Positions 54,955 to 64,000 of a stretch of DNA of 64,000 nt are shown one piece after another. Every line of letters begins with the position of its first letter. The stretch's first letter is position 1. This DNA is from a virus: the IMG/VR virus record IMGVR_UViG_3300045988_114440, positions 37,704-101,703 of that record; one strand, written 5' to 3'. Position numbers and translations under genes: made by a program. The notes beneath the pieces were generated by a model. The model had not been told where the DNA came from. It made no database searches and was given only the letters and a program-made list of their open reading frames with translations.

Positions 54955-55164
54955 ATGTATATCAATATCGAAGGGAAAGGCATTGTTGTATCAAATAACT
55001 GCTGGTGTCAAGGTGATGTTTCGGACGCATTCAAGGATCTGATGCCTGATAATGCTACCTGGGCTACGAAGGAGGAATTTGACAAAGCTCCTGTAGTAGG
55101 ATATATTATAGAAGGTATTGGTTTAGTTTTCACAAATAGGGAAGGTCATGAAATTAATGCTTAG
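54955..55164 (+). CDS. hypothetical small protein
   Basis: Isolated ORF in an otherwise noncoding tail region. Confidence 0.3.
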   Translation: MYINIEGKGIVVSNNCWCQGDVSDAFKDLMPDNATWATKEEFDKAPVVGYIIEGIGLVFTNREGHEINA

Positions 55165-55276
55165 AAACTTGTTTCATATTCCTCTTAGAATAGTTGAAAG
55201 GAAATCAACTAATGGGGAAGTAAGAAAGAAGAAAAGAGGGTAAAGGTAGTGGACTCTTGTTACAATAAACGGTTTT

Positions 55277-55323
55277 AACAATTATGGCACCAATAGTTCT
55301 TGGTGCCATAATTGTTTTTTATT
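55277..55323. terminator. strong rho-independent terminator at the convergence point (17-bp perfect stem)
   Basis: aacaattatggcaccaa-tagttc-ttggtgccataattgtt followed by TTTTTTATTT on the + strand. Confidence 0.7.
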
Positions 55324-55532
55324 TAAACTCATATCGCAATTGTTTGGTACAACATAAAAGAAACCGGTTCCCTATCATCCCTGACTGAGAACCGGTAAGA
55401 AAACAATTTCAGAAAAAATTAAACCTACATAATCTTTCAAGTAAGAACAAAAAACGTACAATCTACTCTTTGACGATGCTAATATAGCATATTGGAATCA
55501 TACCAAAACAATGCAAGTCCGATATTCTTCGT

Positions 55533-58500
55533 CTATTTGTAGCTAACATCATCGTCTCCTTCCGAATCAGGAGTGGCGCCGATGAAGAACATCATTGACT
55601 TGTTGTTCGTCTGCTGCCACCAATTATAGGCGCGCGCTACGTCTTCCGGCGTCTTGATATTATACCATTGTTTGATAAACGTCTGTTTGGCGAGTTGCCT
55701 AAATAACTTAGACTCTCCCTTGTATGTACCGGATGTTACTTTATCAAGTGAATAATTCCTAAGATCGGTAAGATCCTTCAGCTTCCGTCCCATGACGAAC
55801 GGATCGTTAATGATATCTACCACGTTAAGCTCCATAATAAACGGCATCTGTGAAGCTATTTCGTTTATGGTTCTGAATCCGACATAGGATCCAAATTGAG
55901 TAAGCCAACTTTCTTCGTTTTCATCATCATCACGCCATCCGGCAAGAAGCATAGATACGGCCTGCATGATAAGGAACGTGCCGGCATAGACACTGAGACG
56001 TTTGAGATTGGTTTTTTCTACCTCATTCATATTGTCTTTATTTTCGTTCCAGGCATCTATGATGTTTTTCATACCAGACTCGGAAGCTAAGCTAAATGTT
56101 TTGGCTATCATATTCTTTAACGTAATTGACAGTCCTTCCTCTTCTTGCATTGTCTGGAAATTGAAGCCACGTCTTTTCCACAGACGTTGAGCCGCCAGCA
56201 CCAACCATCCTCGGTGGGCGGTCATGAACCTGGCTATCCAGTTGCGCGATGCGGCAGTTCGGTTTTCTTCATTCAAAGATCCGTTACATATCTGCGACAA
56301 GCTACGAACTTGATTTCTGGTTATAGCCATCTGGGTTTCAACTTCCTCAACAGTAACACCTGATCCGGGCTTTACAACCACCTTCCCATCCACGACATCT
56401 ACCATACTCCATAAAGTACGATCTTTTAATGCATTCCATTCTCTTTTTATGGTACTCTGTTCTTTATTACGTTCTTTTTCCATCTTGAAATCTTGGAACG
56501 TGTAGAACCGACCTTTGTAATAACGAACATTGTCCATAGTAGCAATCATAACCTGCGGATCAAGAGGGTAGTTCAGGATTTCCATAAAAGCATACATAGG
56601 CGAACGCATTAAGGTCCTGGCCACTCTATTGTATCCGGCACCATACATACGATTTCGGATATTGAATATCCCCATTCTCTCACCTATGACATATAATTTG
56701 CTTTTCCTATCTATGTCTCCGGTTTCTGCTATACAAGATGGAGCAAGGCGTGAAAATTCAGCCGATGCGTATTTAAGGGAGTCTTTGCTTATATACTGTC
56801 CTACGGCAGATTCCATGATGAGGTTGATATGACCTGTTAAGGCGCCGGTAGCTGCCACAAACGGAGACAGTGCCAAGTTCATGACCGACATAAATCTTTC
56901 AACAGCCATCATAATTCTTGTAAGGTCTACCGTATATCCTCCGATGTTCACCGTAAGTTTTTTGGTGTTCATCCTAATGCCATAATAATGATCGTTGAAG
57001 AAGTCCCTGAACATCTGATATGCTTGGGTTGCTTCAGCCTTTTTACCACCTTCAAATTGTTTATTCAGTAACATCTGCTCCAGTCCTTGAGCGAGCTCTA
57101 TAGACTTCTGCTTTTCGTTGTATAACGATGACTGCATCATAAGCATAGAATAAGAGTAGCCAAAATCGTGAGATACATCATCTTGGTTCTCCAATTCATA
57201 TATGTAGTATTTGGGTATAGACCTAAGTCTGTCTTCCGGATCATATACTTCCCCTTGTCTGGTTTTACCGTATAAAGAATCGTCTACTCTGTCCAGGCAC
57301 AGATCTGATACAAAATTACGAACCGTATTTTTGAAGTTAATACCCAATCCTTCTATACGTTCTATATCTTGTTTTGATATCTGTGGAATAGCATACAGGT
57401 TCGGGCTCTGCTCTTTGTATAGATCAAGTGATTGTCTTTTTATTTCCTTGAGTTTTTGAATCATATTCCACTGATCTACGTTTTTAGTAGCAACTTCATT
57501 ACCGTCAGCATCATACTTGATACCAAAGTCATTGAAATACGATTCGTCACGATACAGGCTTTTCTTAGGCATGCGATGACCATACCCATGATCTTTTACA
57601 TAATCAGGATTACGGCCGCTATTTTCGGCTTCAGATTCAGCCACCCATGCCCTTGCAGGGTCGAAAGAAAGGTACGATATGTCCATGCCATAATCTTGGG
57701 TGGATGTTCCGTTCTGTACGTCTTTAACCATCTGCGCCACATCTATCTCACCTCGACCAATTTTGTCGATCATAGCCGCATATCCGGTAGGTGCCATGCG
57801 TTTATAGTATGAAAAGACCTGGCTCCTGGCAAATTCATTAACAATAGCATTAGCCTCTTCTATACCTGATTCTCTTGTGTTATTTAAAAACAAGCTGGCC
57901 ATTTTAGCATTGACGGCATTCCTAAAATCTCTACCGTCTAATTCTTTGCTTATTCCAAGCTTTTCTGACAAGTAGTTGGTTTCAGATACGGTAAACAGAT
58001 ACCGGTTATCAGCAGCTTTGAATAACTTATCCCTTAAGGCTTGAATCCTTTTTGCTTTCTTCGCCGTAGTATGACGTTGTACGAACTTCCATTCCACTTC
58101 CTTGGAGTCAGCAAGAGCATTTAAATAAGACTGATTTACTTCGTTTTCAGCCTTACTGCTTTTAGTAAGGTACTTATCAATATCTTCAAGACCCACCATC
58201 TTAGCATAATCTATTAAGATAGCGTAATCGGCTTCAATAGCTTCAGATGCGGCCCTAAAAGCATCTCTTTCAGATGAGGTAAATGTCGCTTCATTAATTT
58301 CTCCGATATCAGCCACATCGCGATTGTTTCCGATTATTTCCTTTATAATAGCCTTATTTTTTTCTATATCTTTTACAATCGAATCCACGTCAGTTGCATC
58401 TCTATCACTTGTCGTAGAACTAATGATGTCTTGTGCCATTTTAAGATACGAAGCCTTGTTATTTGATTCGGTACGCGCCGATTGTTCTGATTCTACGTCA

Positions 58501-61500
58501 TTCCAAAACCGATCGTTGAATGACAGGTGCCCCCCCAACATAAGTGTCTTCAGCGCAGCTTCTCCTCCTGACTCGTTCTGAATCGTTCTCAATTTTTGCA
58601 AAAACGATTCTGATACGACATTAGTGACATTATTTGATTCCTTTCTCCAAACTTCATTTATAGCTTGTATTTCTTTGGCCATCTTAAGTTGGTCGCCGGT
58701 TTTTTCCACTCTCCTGGTTCCTACATATATGTATTCTGAAGCTGCTTCCTTACGTTGTTTACGAAGCAGTCCTTCTTCTTCGTAGTTACTACTCTTATAG
58801 TAAGCAACCTCATCAAAATTACCATTGCTATCAATAAAAGGCTGCCTCAATATCCGCTTCTGCCGAGAAAGAGCATTAAGGTATTCTTTGGTTGTTTGAG
58901 AAACCGGATGCCCTAATTCTTCTTCGGCCTTTTTGTATATGGATTCCATTCTTGTGGCATAACTTTCACTAAATTCCAGTTCTGAATTTTCAGCATCCCA
59001 CTTCTCCATCTGTTCTGTATAAATCTTTTCCTGCTCGATGGTAAAAATATCGGTATTAACCCTATCGGACGACGGTTTAAATTTAGCGTTCTCGGTAACC
59101 GTATTTCCGTCCTTGTCAACTACTTCTCTTTTAAATACGTAATTACGGTTATTGTCAACCACATCATTGATTTCTTCTTCTGATATCTCTATGTTCATGG
59201 CGGTCGCAAACGCTCGCATCTGCGCCAGCTTCTTATTACGATCGTATTTAGCCATATCAAGGGCACTACGAAGGTAATTAGAAGTTTTGCCGTCTACTTT
59301 CTGAAGCAGTTTTTCAAATTCAGATTTGTTAAAACCATGCTTTTTCGCATATGCCAGGAAATCGGATATGGCGGGCTGGGCATTCACCATCGCATTGTAA
59401 TTGTCTTTGGCAATCATAGCTCCAAGAGCGTTATTGAACGGGCTGGAAGAATGCTCTAATATACCGAACCACCTACTTATCCAAGATACATCGTGTTGAA
59501 CCTTGTCAAAAAATTCTTTTACTCTCTTTACCTTATCTGCCGGCACATGAAGTTCGTTCATTAACTTATCAAGCAACGTGCTTTCATCAAGGTCTTGTAC
59601 TGATTTAATATCAGACTGAATACCATTGATGTCTGCAATGACGGTATTGATCCTATTTGTATAATCCTGCTTTTCACGTTCATCAAATTCGGTACTTCTG
59701 TTACGGATATATCCTCGAAGATCGTTCATGATCGGAAGAACCTGATTGTTGATAATATCTACGTTCTTTCGATCATTGGTATTGAAGTGAAGCTTGCCGT
59801 CTTTGGTATCACCATGAAGGATGGTGTTCACCACATTGCTTAAGTATCTGACCTGAGCTTCGGCTGTAGAGATCATGCTGTTCATGGCAGCCGCCATCTC
59901 ATTCTTGTCTATTTCGGTCTCTACCTTATTTATCTTATCTTCTATGGTCTTAAGCTGAGCAAGGGTCATAGACGTAGTTACAGCCCTATCAGAGCTTATC
60001 TGACGTAAGTCTCTTAACGTTTTTCTCAATGCCCTGATTTTAGACTCAAGAAACTTGTTCTTGTTCATAGAAGAAAGGGAGTATAATGTAAAGTCATTAT
60101 CCTTCAAAAGAGAAGTATCAAATCCTTTATCTATGTCGGTAATAGCAAGATCACGAATATTTTTAATAACGTTATTCAAATCCTGTCTTTGGGTTGATAA
60201 AGCTGATTTAAGCCAGTTTACAATTCCAGAGAGAAGCTGCCGGACGCGCCCCAGGAAGGAGGTGGGCTCTACCGGCGCCTGTGCTGTGCCGGTCTGCATC
60301 TCCCTGGCGAGGATCTTTCCAAGAATTTCTCTCCTAACAGCATTATCAAGCTCAGCTCCTTCATATACCTTACCGTATGTATTATAATACTGACCTGCAT
60401 ACTGATTCCATTCTTCAGTGCCTTCTACATCTTGCAGAATAGCCTCAACAGCATTCTGATCTCTGTACGCCTCTACGAGGAAGTGGGCTGTTTCTTCTAC
60501 TAAATCAGATAAAGTAGCATCTTCGCCAACTGCTATTACGTTATTGGCAATATCCGCCAATGCCTTAGCAGAAGGTTCGTGCCCGTATTTGGTTTGGTAC
60601 TTCTCTATATAATCGGTCATACCAACGACACTAACGCCCAGCGTTTTCAGTATCTCAACAATAGAATTTCGTTGATTACGTTCCTCTTGGCTATAATCCG
60701 ATACGATCTTAGCTTTAGTATCAGCATAAAGATCATTGTCTTCTAATATGAATGAAACTACAAGCGCATCAAAATGATCGTACTTGGCGTCCAATTCATT
60801 GTATCTTCCAGACTTAAGATCGCTCTTTATCTGCTCCTTGCTAACTCTTTCTGTTCCCCCGGTGGCGAGTCTCATAGTTACCTTACTATTATCCAATGAA
60901 TTTATGGTTATCATACCCTGGTCGTTCATGGAAACATCGGAACCAAAATGATTACGGAGCTCAGTGTAGGATAAGGCTGAATTGAAAAGTCTAATTTGTC
61001 CTGTATGTCCTTCTCCTGTAATATAATAGCTTCTTGTTTCCGGATCGAATATCTTGGATCCGGACAAAAGACCTTTCTTTATAAGGTAGTTAATTATACC
61101 GCCTTTTGTTGATAAAGAAGTAGAAGCAGAAGCGGTCATGACCGGTATAAAAGACTTGGGATTATTAAGAACATACTTTCCAGCCTTGTAAGTAATGTCT
61201 GCCACTCCATCCACGGTAGATTCTTGAACGATGCCTGATAAGAATCCTATTCTAATATCATTCCCTCCAGAGCGAAGAGCTTCTCCGTAATCTTCAAATA
61301 ATTGATTACGATCATTCATAAAAAACAAACGAGGTTCTCCAGTCTGATACGTTACACCCACAGGATTAGAATCTGTTTCTGGTAGCTCTTCTGGACTAAA
61401 TATCTTAAGACCGTCTTTTATGACCATATAATCAACACCCTTATCCTGTACCATAGATACGGGAGTGAAGTCTGAAGATATAGCATCTTGTAGATACTGG

Positions 61501-61955
61501 CCGGCGTCTATTCCCGGTCCTTCCGGTATGGAAATACCGGAAGGAACCATAGCATCCACCAACATAATATTATCACCCAGATCCTGGCTATAGAATCCAA
61601 AGCCTGATTCTTGAATCCCATAAGGTGCATCTGATTTCGACACAAGAATAGGGTTGCTCATCTTAGAAGCCTTATCCAGCACCCTTTCTCTATAGGCTTC
61701 CGGAATAAGGTCGATATTGGATTTTACCTTATTGTAAGCCTGTTTGTTGATAGGCACATTCCTTCTCCAGTCACCAAAAGCCTTTAAGAACTTATTAGAA
61801 AATACGGTTTTAAAAACAGTAGTAGCCCGTTCCCTATTTTCCATAAGAGGAATAGATGCTATCTTATCGAATAACATAGACCTGTCCCCTGATCTGGTAG
61901 AGACAGAAACAACTTTCTTTTTATTATCTCTTTTAATAATACACGTTGATACCAT
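55533..61955 (-). CDS. giant protein (2140 aa) of unknown function; possibly virion/tail-associated (tape-measure- or ejection-protein-like)
   Basis: Single uninterrupted 6.4-kb ORF; long alpha-helical K/E/N-rich middle; hydrophobic segments near the C-terminus; no NTPase or polymerase motifs recognised. Confidence 0.7.
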   Translation of the reverse strand: MVSTCIIKRDNKKKVVSVSTRSGDRSMLFDKIASIPLMENRERATTVFKTVFSNKFLKAFGDWRRNVPINKQAYNKVKSNIDLIPEAYRERVLDKASKMSNPILVSKSDAPYGIQESGFGFYSQDLGDNIMLVDAMVPSGISIPEGPGIDAGQYLQDAISSDFTPVSMVQDKGVDYMVIKDGLKIFSPEELPETDSNPVGVTYQTGEPRLFFMNDRNQLFEDYGEALRSGGNDIRIGFLSGIVQESTVDGVADITYKAGKYVLNNPKSFIPVMTASASTSLSTKGGIINYLIKKGLLSGSKIFDPETRSYYITGEGHTGQIRLFNSALSYTELRNHFGSDVSMNDQGMITINSLDNSKVTMRLATGGTERVSKEQIKSDLKSGRYNELDAKYDHFDALVVSFILEDNDLYADTKAKIVSDYSQEERNQRNSIVEILKTLGVSVVGMTDYIEKYQTKYGHEPSAKALADIANNVIAVGEDATLSDLVEETAHFLVEAYRDQNAVEAILQDVEGTEEWNQYAGQYYNTYGKVYEGAELDNAVRREILGKILAREMQTGTAQAPVEPTSFLGRVRQLLSGIVNWLKSALSTQRQDLNNVIKNIRDLAITDIDKGFDTSLLKDNDFTLYSLSSMNKNKFLESKIRALRKTLRDLRQISSDRAVTTSMTLAQLKTIEDKINKVETEIDKNEMAAAMNSMISTAEAQVRYLSNVVNTILHGDTKDGKLHFNTNDRKNVDIINNQVLPIMNDLRGYIRNRSTEFDEREKQDYTNRINTVIADINGIQSDIKSVQDLDESTLLDKLMNELHVPADKVKRVKEFFDKVQHDVSWISRWFGILEHSSSPFNNALGAMIAKDNYNAMVNAQPAISDFLAYAKKHGFNKSEFEKLLQKVDGKTSNYLRSALDMAKYDRNKKLAQMRAFATAMNIEISEEEINDVVDNNRNYVFKREVVDKDGNTVTENAKFKPSSDRVNTDIFTIEQEKIYTEQMEKWDAENSELEFSESYATRMESIYKKAEEELGHPVSQTTKEYLNALSRQKRILRQPFIDSNGNFDEVAYYKSSNYEEEGLLRKQRKEAASEYIYVGTRRVEKTGDQLKMAKEIQAINEVWRKESNNVTNVVSESFLQKLRTIQNESGGEAALKTLMLGGHLSFNDRFWNDVESEQSARTESNNKASYLKMAQDIISSTTSDRDATDVDSIVKDIEKNKAIIKEIIGNNRDVADIGEINEATFTSSERDAFRAASEAIEADYAILIDYAKMVGLEDIDKYLTKSSKAENEVNQSYLNALADSKEVEWKFVQRHTTAKKAKRIQALRDKLFKAADNRYLFTVSETNYLSEKLGISKELDGRDFRNAVNAKMASLFLNNTRESGIEEANAIVNEFARSQVFSYYKRMAPTGYAAMIDKIGRGEIDVAQMVKDVQNGTSTQDYGMDISYLSFDPARAWVAESEAENSGRNPDYVKDHGYGHRMPKKSLYRDESYFNDFGIKYDADGNEVATKNVDQWNMIQKLKEIKRQSLDLYKEQSPNLYAIPQISKQDIERIEGLGINFKNTVRNFVSDLCLDRVDDSLYGKTRQGEVYDPEDRLRSIPKYYIYELENQDDVSHDFGYSYSMLMMQSSLYNEKQKSIELAQGLEQMLLNKQFEGGKKAEATQAYQMFRDFFNDHYYGIRMNTKKLTVNIGGYTVDLTRIMMAVERFMSVMNLALSPFVAATGALTGHINLIMESAVGQYISKDSLKYASAEFSRLAPSCIAETGDIDRKSKLYVIGERMGIFNIRNRMYGAGYNRVARTLMRSPMYAFMEILNYPLDPQVMIATMDNVRYYKGRFYTFQDFKMEKERNKEQSTIKREWNALKDRTLWSMVDVVDGKVVVKPGSGVTVEEVETQMAITRNQVRSLSQICNGSLNEENRTAASRNWIARFMTAHRGWLVLAAQRLWKRRGFNFQTMQEEEGLSITLKNMIAKTFSLASESGMKNIIDAWNENKDNMNEVEKTNLKRLSVYAGTFLIMQAVSMLLAGWRDDDENEESWLTQFGSYVGFRTINEIASQMPFIMELNVVDIINDPFVMGRKLKDLTDLRNYSLDKVTSGTYKGESKLFRQLAKQTFIKQWYNIKTPEDVARAYNWWQQTNNKSMMFFIGATPDSEGDDDVSYK

Positions 61956-62096
61956 GATAAAACATTTTTGTTATGAGACAAAGGTAGCTAAAAATCAAGC
62001 ATATCATAAAAAATTAAGCCATCTAACTTCTCAGTCTGATGGCTTAAAAATAATATGAAAAAAAATTATAATCTGACGCAAATCGTCAAGTTACGC

Positions 62097-62420
62097 TTAT
62101 GCATTGTATTTGTACCCATTTCTATGAATAAACCTTCCTGATTCGAACCTTTCCACATCATCCGGTCCAATAGGTCCGCAGTCTTCCCTCCTTGCCTCAT
62201 ACCACAGCCCAGGCTTACGGAGCCGGCAGGTTATGACGTATTTAAAACAGTTGTGAGTAAAATGGAATACGGAGCCTACTGGGAAATACCTGGTAGTTTG
62301 AAACACTATTCTTTTTCGTTTAGTATCAAACACTATATCTCCTACTACCTTAGTTACGTAATAGCTTCTGCCATTTAACGTTTCATCTGTTTGTGGTATC
62401 CAATAATAACCTTTTGTCAT
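62097..62420 (-). CDS. hypothetical protein
   Basis: Co-oriented with the giant gene, tightly spaced. Confidence 0.45.
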   Translation of the reverse strand: MTKGYYWIPQTDETLNGRSYYVTKVVGDIVFDTKRKRIVFQTTRYFPVGSVFHFTHNCFKYVITCRLRKPGLWYEARREDCGPIGPDDVERFESGRFIHRNGYKYNA

Positions 62421-62449
62421 GCCACAAATATATGAAAAAGTCGGATAAC

Positions 62450-62770
62450 TTACGTACCCGACTCTATTATTTGTTTAAACAGACCAATTCCGTCTATTAT
62501 AATATGACCGCTTCGCATACGACCATTATTAGGATTATAAAGAAAATTAAAACCACTTTCTTTTTCTTGTCTTTCAAAAGAACTGATATCCTTTCCTCTA
62601 CAAGCTCTTCCAAAAGCCTTCTTGAACAACTTTCCTCTGAAGGTCTTGACAAGGTTCTTGGTAGCGTTATTGCCGGCTCTTACCATTGCTTTCCTTGCCT
62701 GGTCCTCCGAGACAAAACTGCTTCGGAAAATATACGATGTTGCTGCTTGTATATCTTGCTTGGTGATCAT
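62450..62770 (-). CDS. hypothetical protein
   Basis: 4-nt overlap with its upstream neighbour. Confidence 0.45.
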   Translation of the reverse strand: MITKQDIQAATSYIFRSSFVSEDQARKAMVRAGNNATKNLVKTFRGKLFKKAFGRACRGKDISSFERQEKESGFNFLYNPNNGRMRSGHIIIDGIGLFKQIIESGT

Positions 62771-63117
62771 ATGACAAACATTTCTTTCAAGGTACTGATA
62801 TTTATTGTGTATATCATTTTCATTTCATCTTTATCATATACGTCAAAAAAGGATTTACTTAAGTCCTTTGAATCTTCGCTCAATTGAATTATGCAATTAC
62901 CAGTATAAACCTTAAGCTTGTAATTATCGGAATATATATCATGCATGGTTTCAAATGTCTCAATTAAATTTTCAACAAGTGCTCTGTTTAATGAAAAAGA
63001 TTCTTTACCATCACCTTTAAATGTGATATGATCTAAATCCCTGTTGTCAAATTCATACTTTAATTGATTGCCGTCCATCATATCATAAAATATTGACTTT
63101 CTGATTATAAATCCCAT
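62767..63117 (-). CDS. hypothetical protein
   Basis: Co-oriented ORF. Confidence 0.45.
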   Translation of the reverse strand: MGFIIRKSIFYDMMDGNQLKYEFDNRDLDHITFKGDGKESFSLNRALVENLIETFETMHDIYSDNYKLKVYTGNCIIQLSEDSKDLSKSFFDVYDKDEMKMIYTINISTLKEMFVI

Positions 63118-63135
63118 ATTGTTTTATTTTTTTAG

Positions 63136-63441
63136 TTAATATAAATCTTCTGAATACAATTGTTTTCTAATAGCATTCCTATCTACTACCATCTCCTGAT
63201 TATTGTTCTTAACAAGCTCAGACGCTTCCTCTCTTGTTAGAAACCGGTTCTTGCTTGTCAAAAATCCTTGAATACTACGGTTTTTATGGGCTATGCCGTA
63301 TGCAGCAAGTTGCGATATTATGGAACAGTGTCTCAATCCACAAAATACGGTTCCGGATGGTATATTGGTGGGCTGATGAGGACGCTTCTTGCCGTCCTGC
63401 ACCCAGATGGCCGCGCATATTACTATTTCTTTATTATACAT
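63136..63441 (-). CDS. hypothetical protein
   Basis: Co-oriented ORF. Confidence 0.45.
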   Translation of the reverse strand: MYNKEIVICAAIWVQDGKKRPHQPTNIPSGTVFCGLRHCSIISQLAAYGIAHKNRSIQGFLTSKNRFLTREEASELVKNNNQEMVVDRNAIRKQLYSEDLY

Positions 63442-63478
63442 GATACGTTTTTCTATTAAATTTATTAAATCCGTTCAT

Positions 63479-63931
63479 TTACTTTAATATAATCGGATGC
63501 CTCTTCCCTCTAATGAGTTTAAACTTTTTGCGTGAAACATCTTTTGAATTTTCTCCGTTGAAATCCCTGATATTGAAACTCCCTGATTTTCTCCTTCCAT
63601 AAACAAAGAATATTTTATTGTTATACAACACTTTATCAAACAACCTAAAACCGAAAACCTCAAAAGGAGCTTGATTGTTTTTCTTCTTCCCCCCTTTTAA
63701 AATTTTCATTTTATGTATTTGTCTATTATGTCTACGAATTAAACGTTTTAAATATTGACGTTCGATTCGTTTCGCATTAATATTCTTAGAAATGACAAAC
63801 GCGTCGGATGTATGGGATTTTTCAATCCCATATTTAATCCGATTATGTTTCGTAATGTAACCAAACGTCATAAAAACTCTGTCGTATCTGGATTTTAACT
63901 CTTCATACAACCTCCATTTCATAATTCCCAT
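63479..63931 (-). CDS. hypothetical basic (K/R-rich) protein
   Basis: Co-oriented ORF near the window edge; the true start could lie upstream. Confidence 0.45.
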   Translation of the reverse strand: MGIMKWRLYEELKSRYDRVFMTFGYITKHNRIKYGIEKSHTSDAFVISKNINAKRIERQYLKRLIRRHNRQIHKMKILKGGKKKNNQAPFEVFGFRLFDKVLYNNKIFFVYGRRKSGSFNIRDFNGENSKDVSRKKFKLIRGKRHPIILK

Positions 63932-64000
63932 TACGGCTGCGTCGCGAAGCGACTTGCCTCTTCTGATCTTTAAATCTATATTACCTTTATGGTATTCTTT

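Noticed and set aside
55533-61955. Virion RNA polymerase (crAss/N4-like) identity for the 2140-aa protein
   Set aside because: No DxDGD/NADFDGD-type metal-binding motif or other RNAP signatures could be found by eye. Left as unknown or structural-like.

Overview
This 64 kb window reads as a large tailed-phage genome segment (about 36-38% GC), either free phage or prophage interior. Nearly all genes run on the + strand from 1 to about 55.2 kb. A - strand block (55.5-64 kb) converges on it at a 17-bp-stem terminator.

The + block is a replication/recombination and nucleotide-metabolism module plus dozens of small ORFs of unknown function. Genes with recognisable motifs are: RuvC-like resolvase, a possible SSB with a bacterial-type acidic C-terminal tail, dUTPase, HAD phosphatase, DHH-DHHA1 phosphoesterase, HNH-like Zn-finger protein, two PD-(D/E)XK nucleases (one Cas4-like with a Cys cluster), primase-like protein, DnaB-like helicase, SF2 helicase, MazG-like pyrophosphohydrolase and a C5 cytosine methyltransferase.

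Four phage tRNAs sit at 4798-5159: Met-CAT, Gln-TTG, Arg-CCT and Cys-GCA.

Other notable content:
- An ACP-like, NfeD-like and SPFH/flotillin three-gene module at 42.0-44.5 kb.
- A small surface-lipoprotein gene followed by a Panacea (DUF4065) protein with its own Bacteroidetes-type promoter and palindromic operator, at 54.0-54.7 kb.
- Three tRNA-like 'minihelix' elements that share the T-loop GGTTCGATTCC, each just upstream of a small gene.
- Two paralogous small Cys-rich genes and one tandem pair of paralogs.
- An ABC-type ATPase.
- Three unusually long, repeat-rich noncoding regions (10.1-10.8, 11.3-11.9 and 12.3-13.2 kb) that look like origin/regulatory DNA or structured RNA.
- A 2140-aa protein of unrecognised function on the - strand.

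The host is probably Bacteroidota, judged from TAnnTTTG promoters, a CS-DD lipoprotein export signal and low GC. Some genes nonetheless carry strong AGGAGG Shine-Dalgarno sites. No integrase, transposase or CRISPR array was seen.
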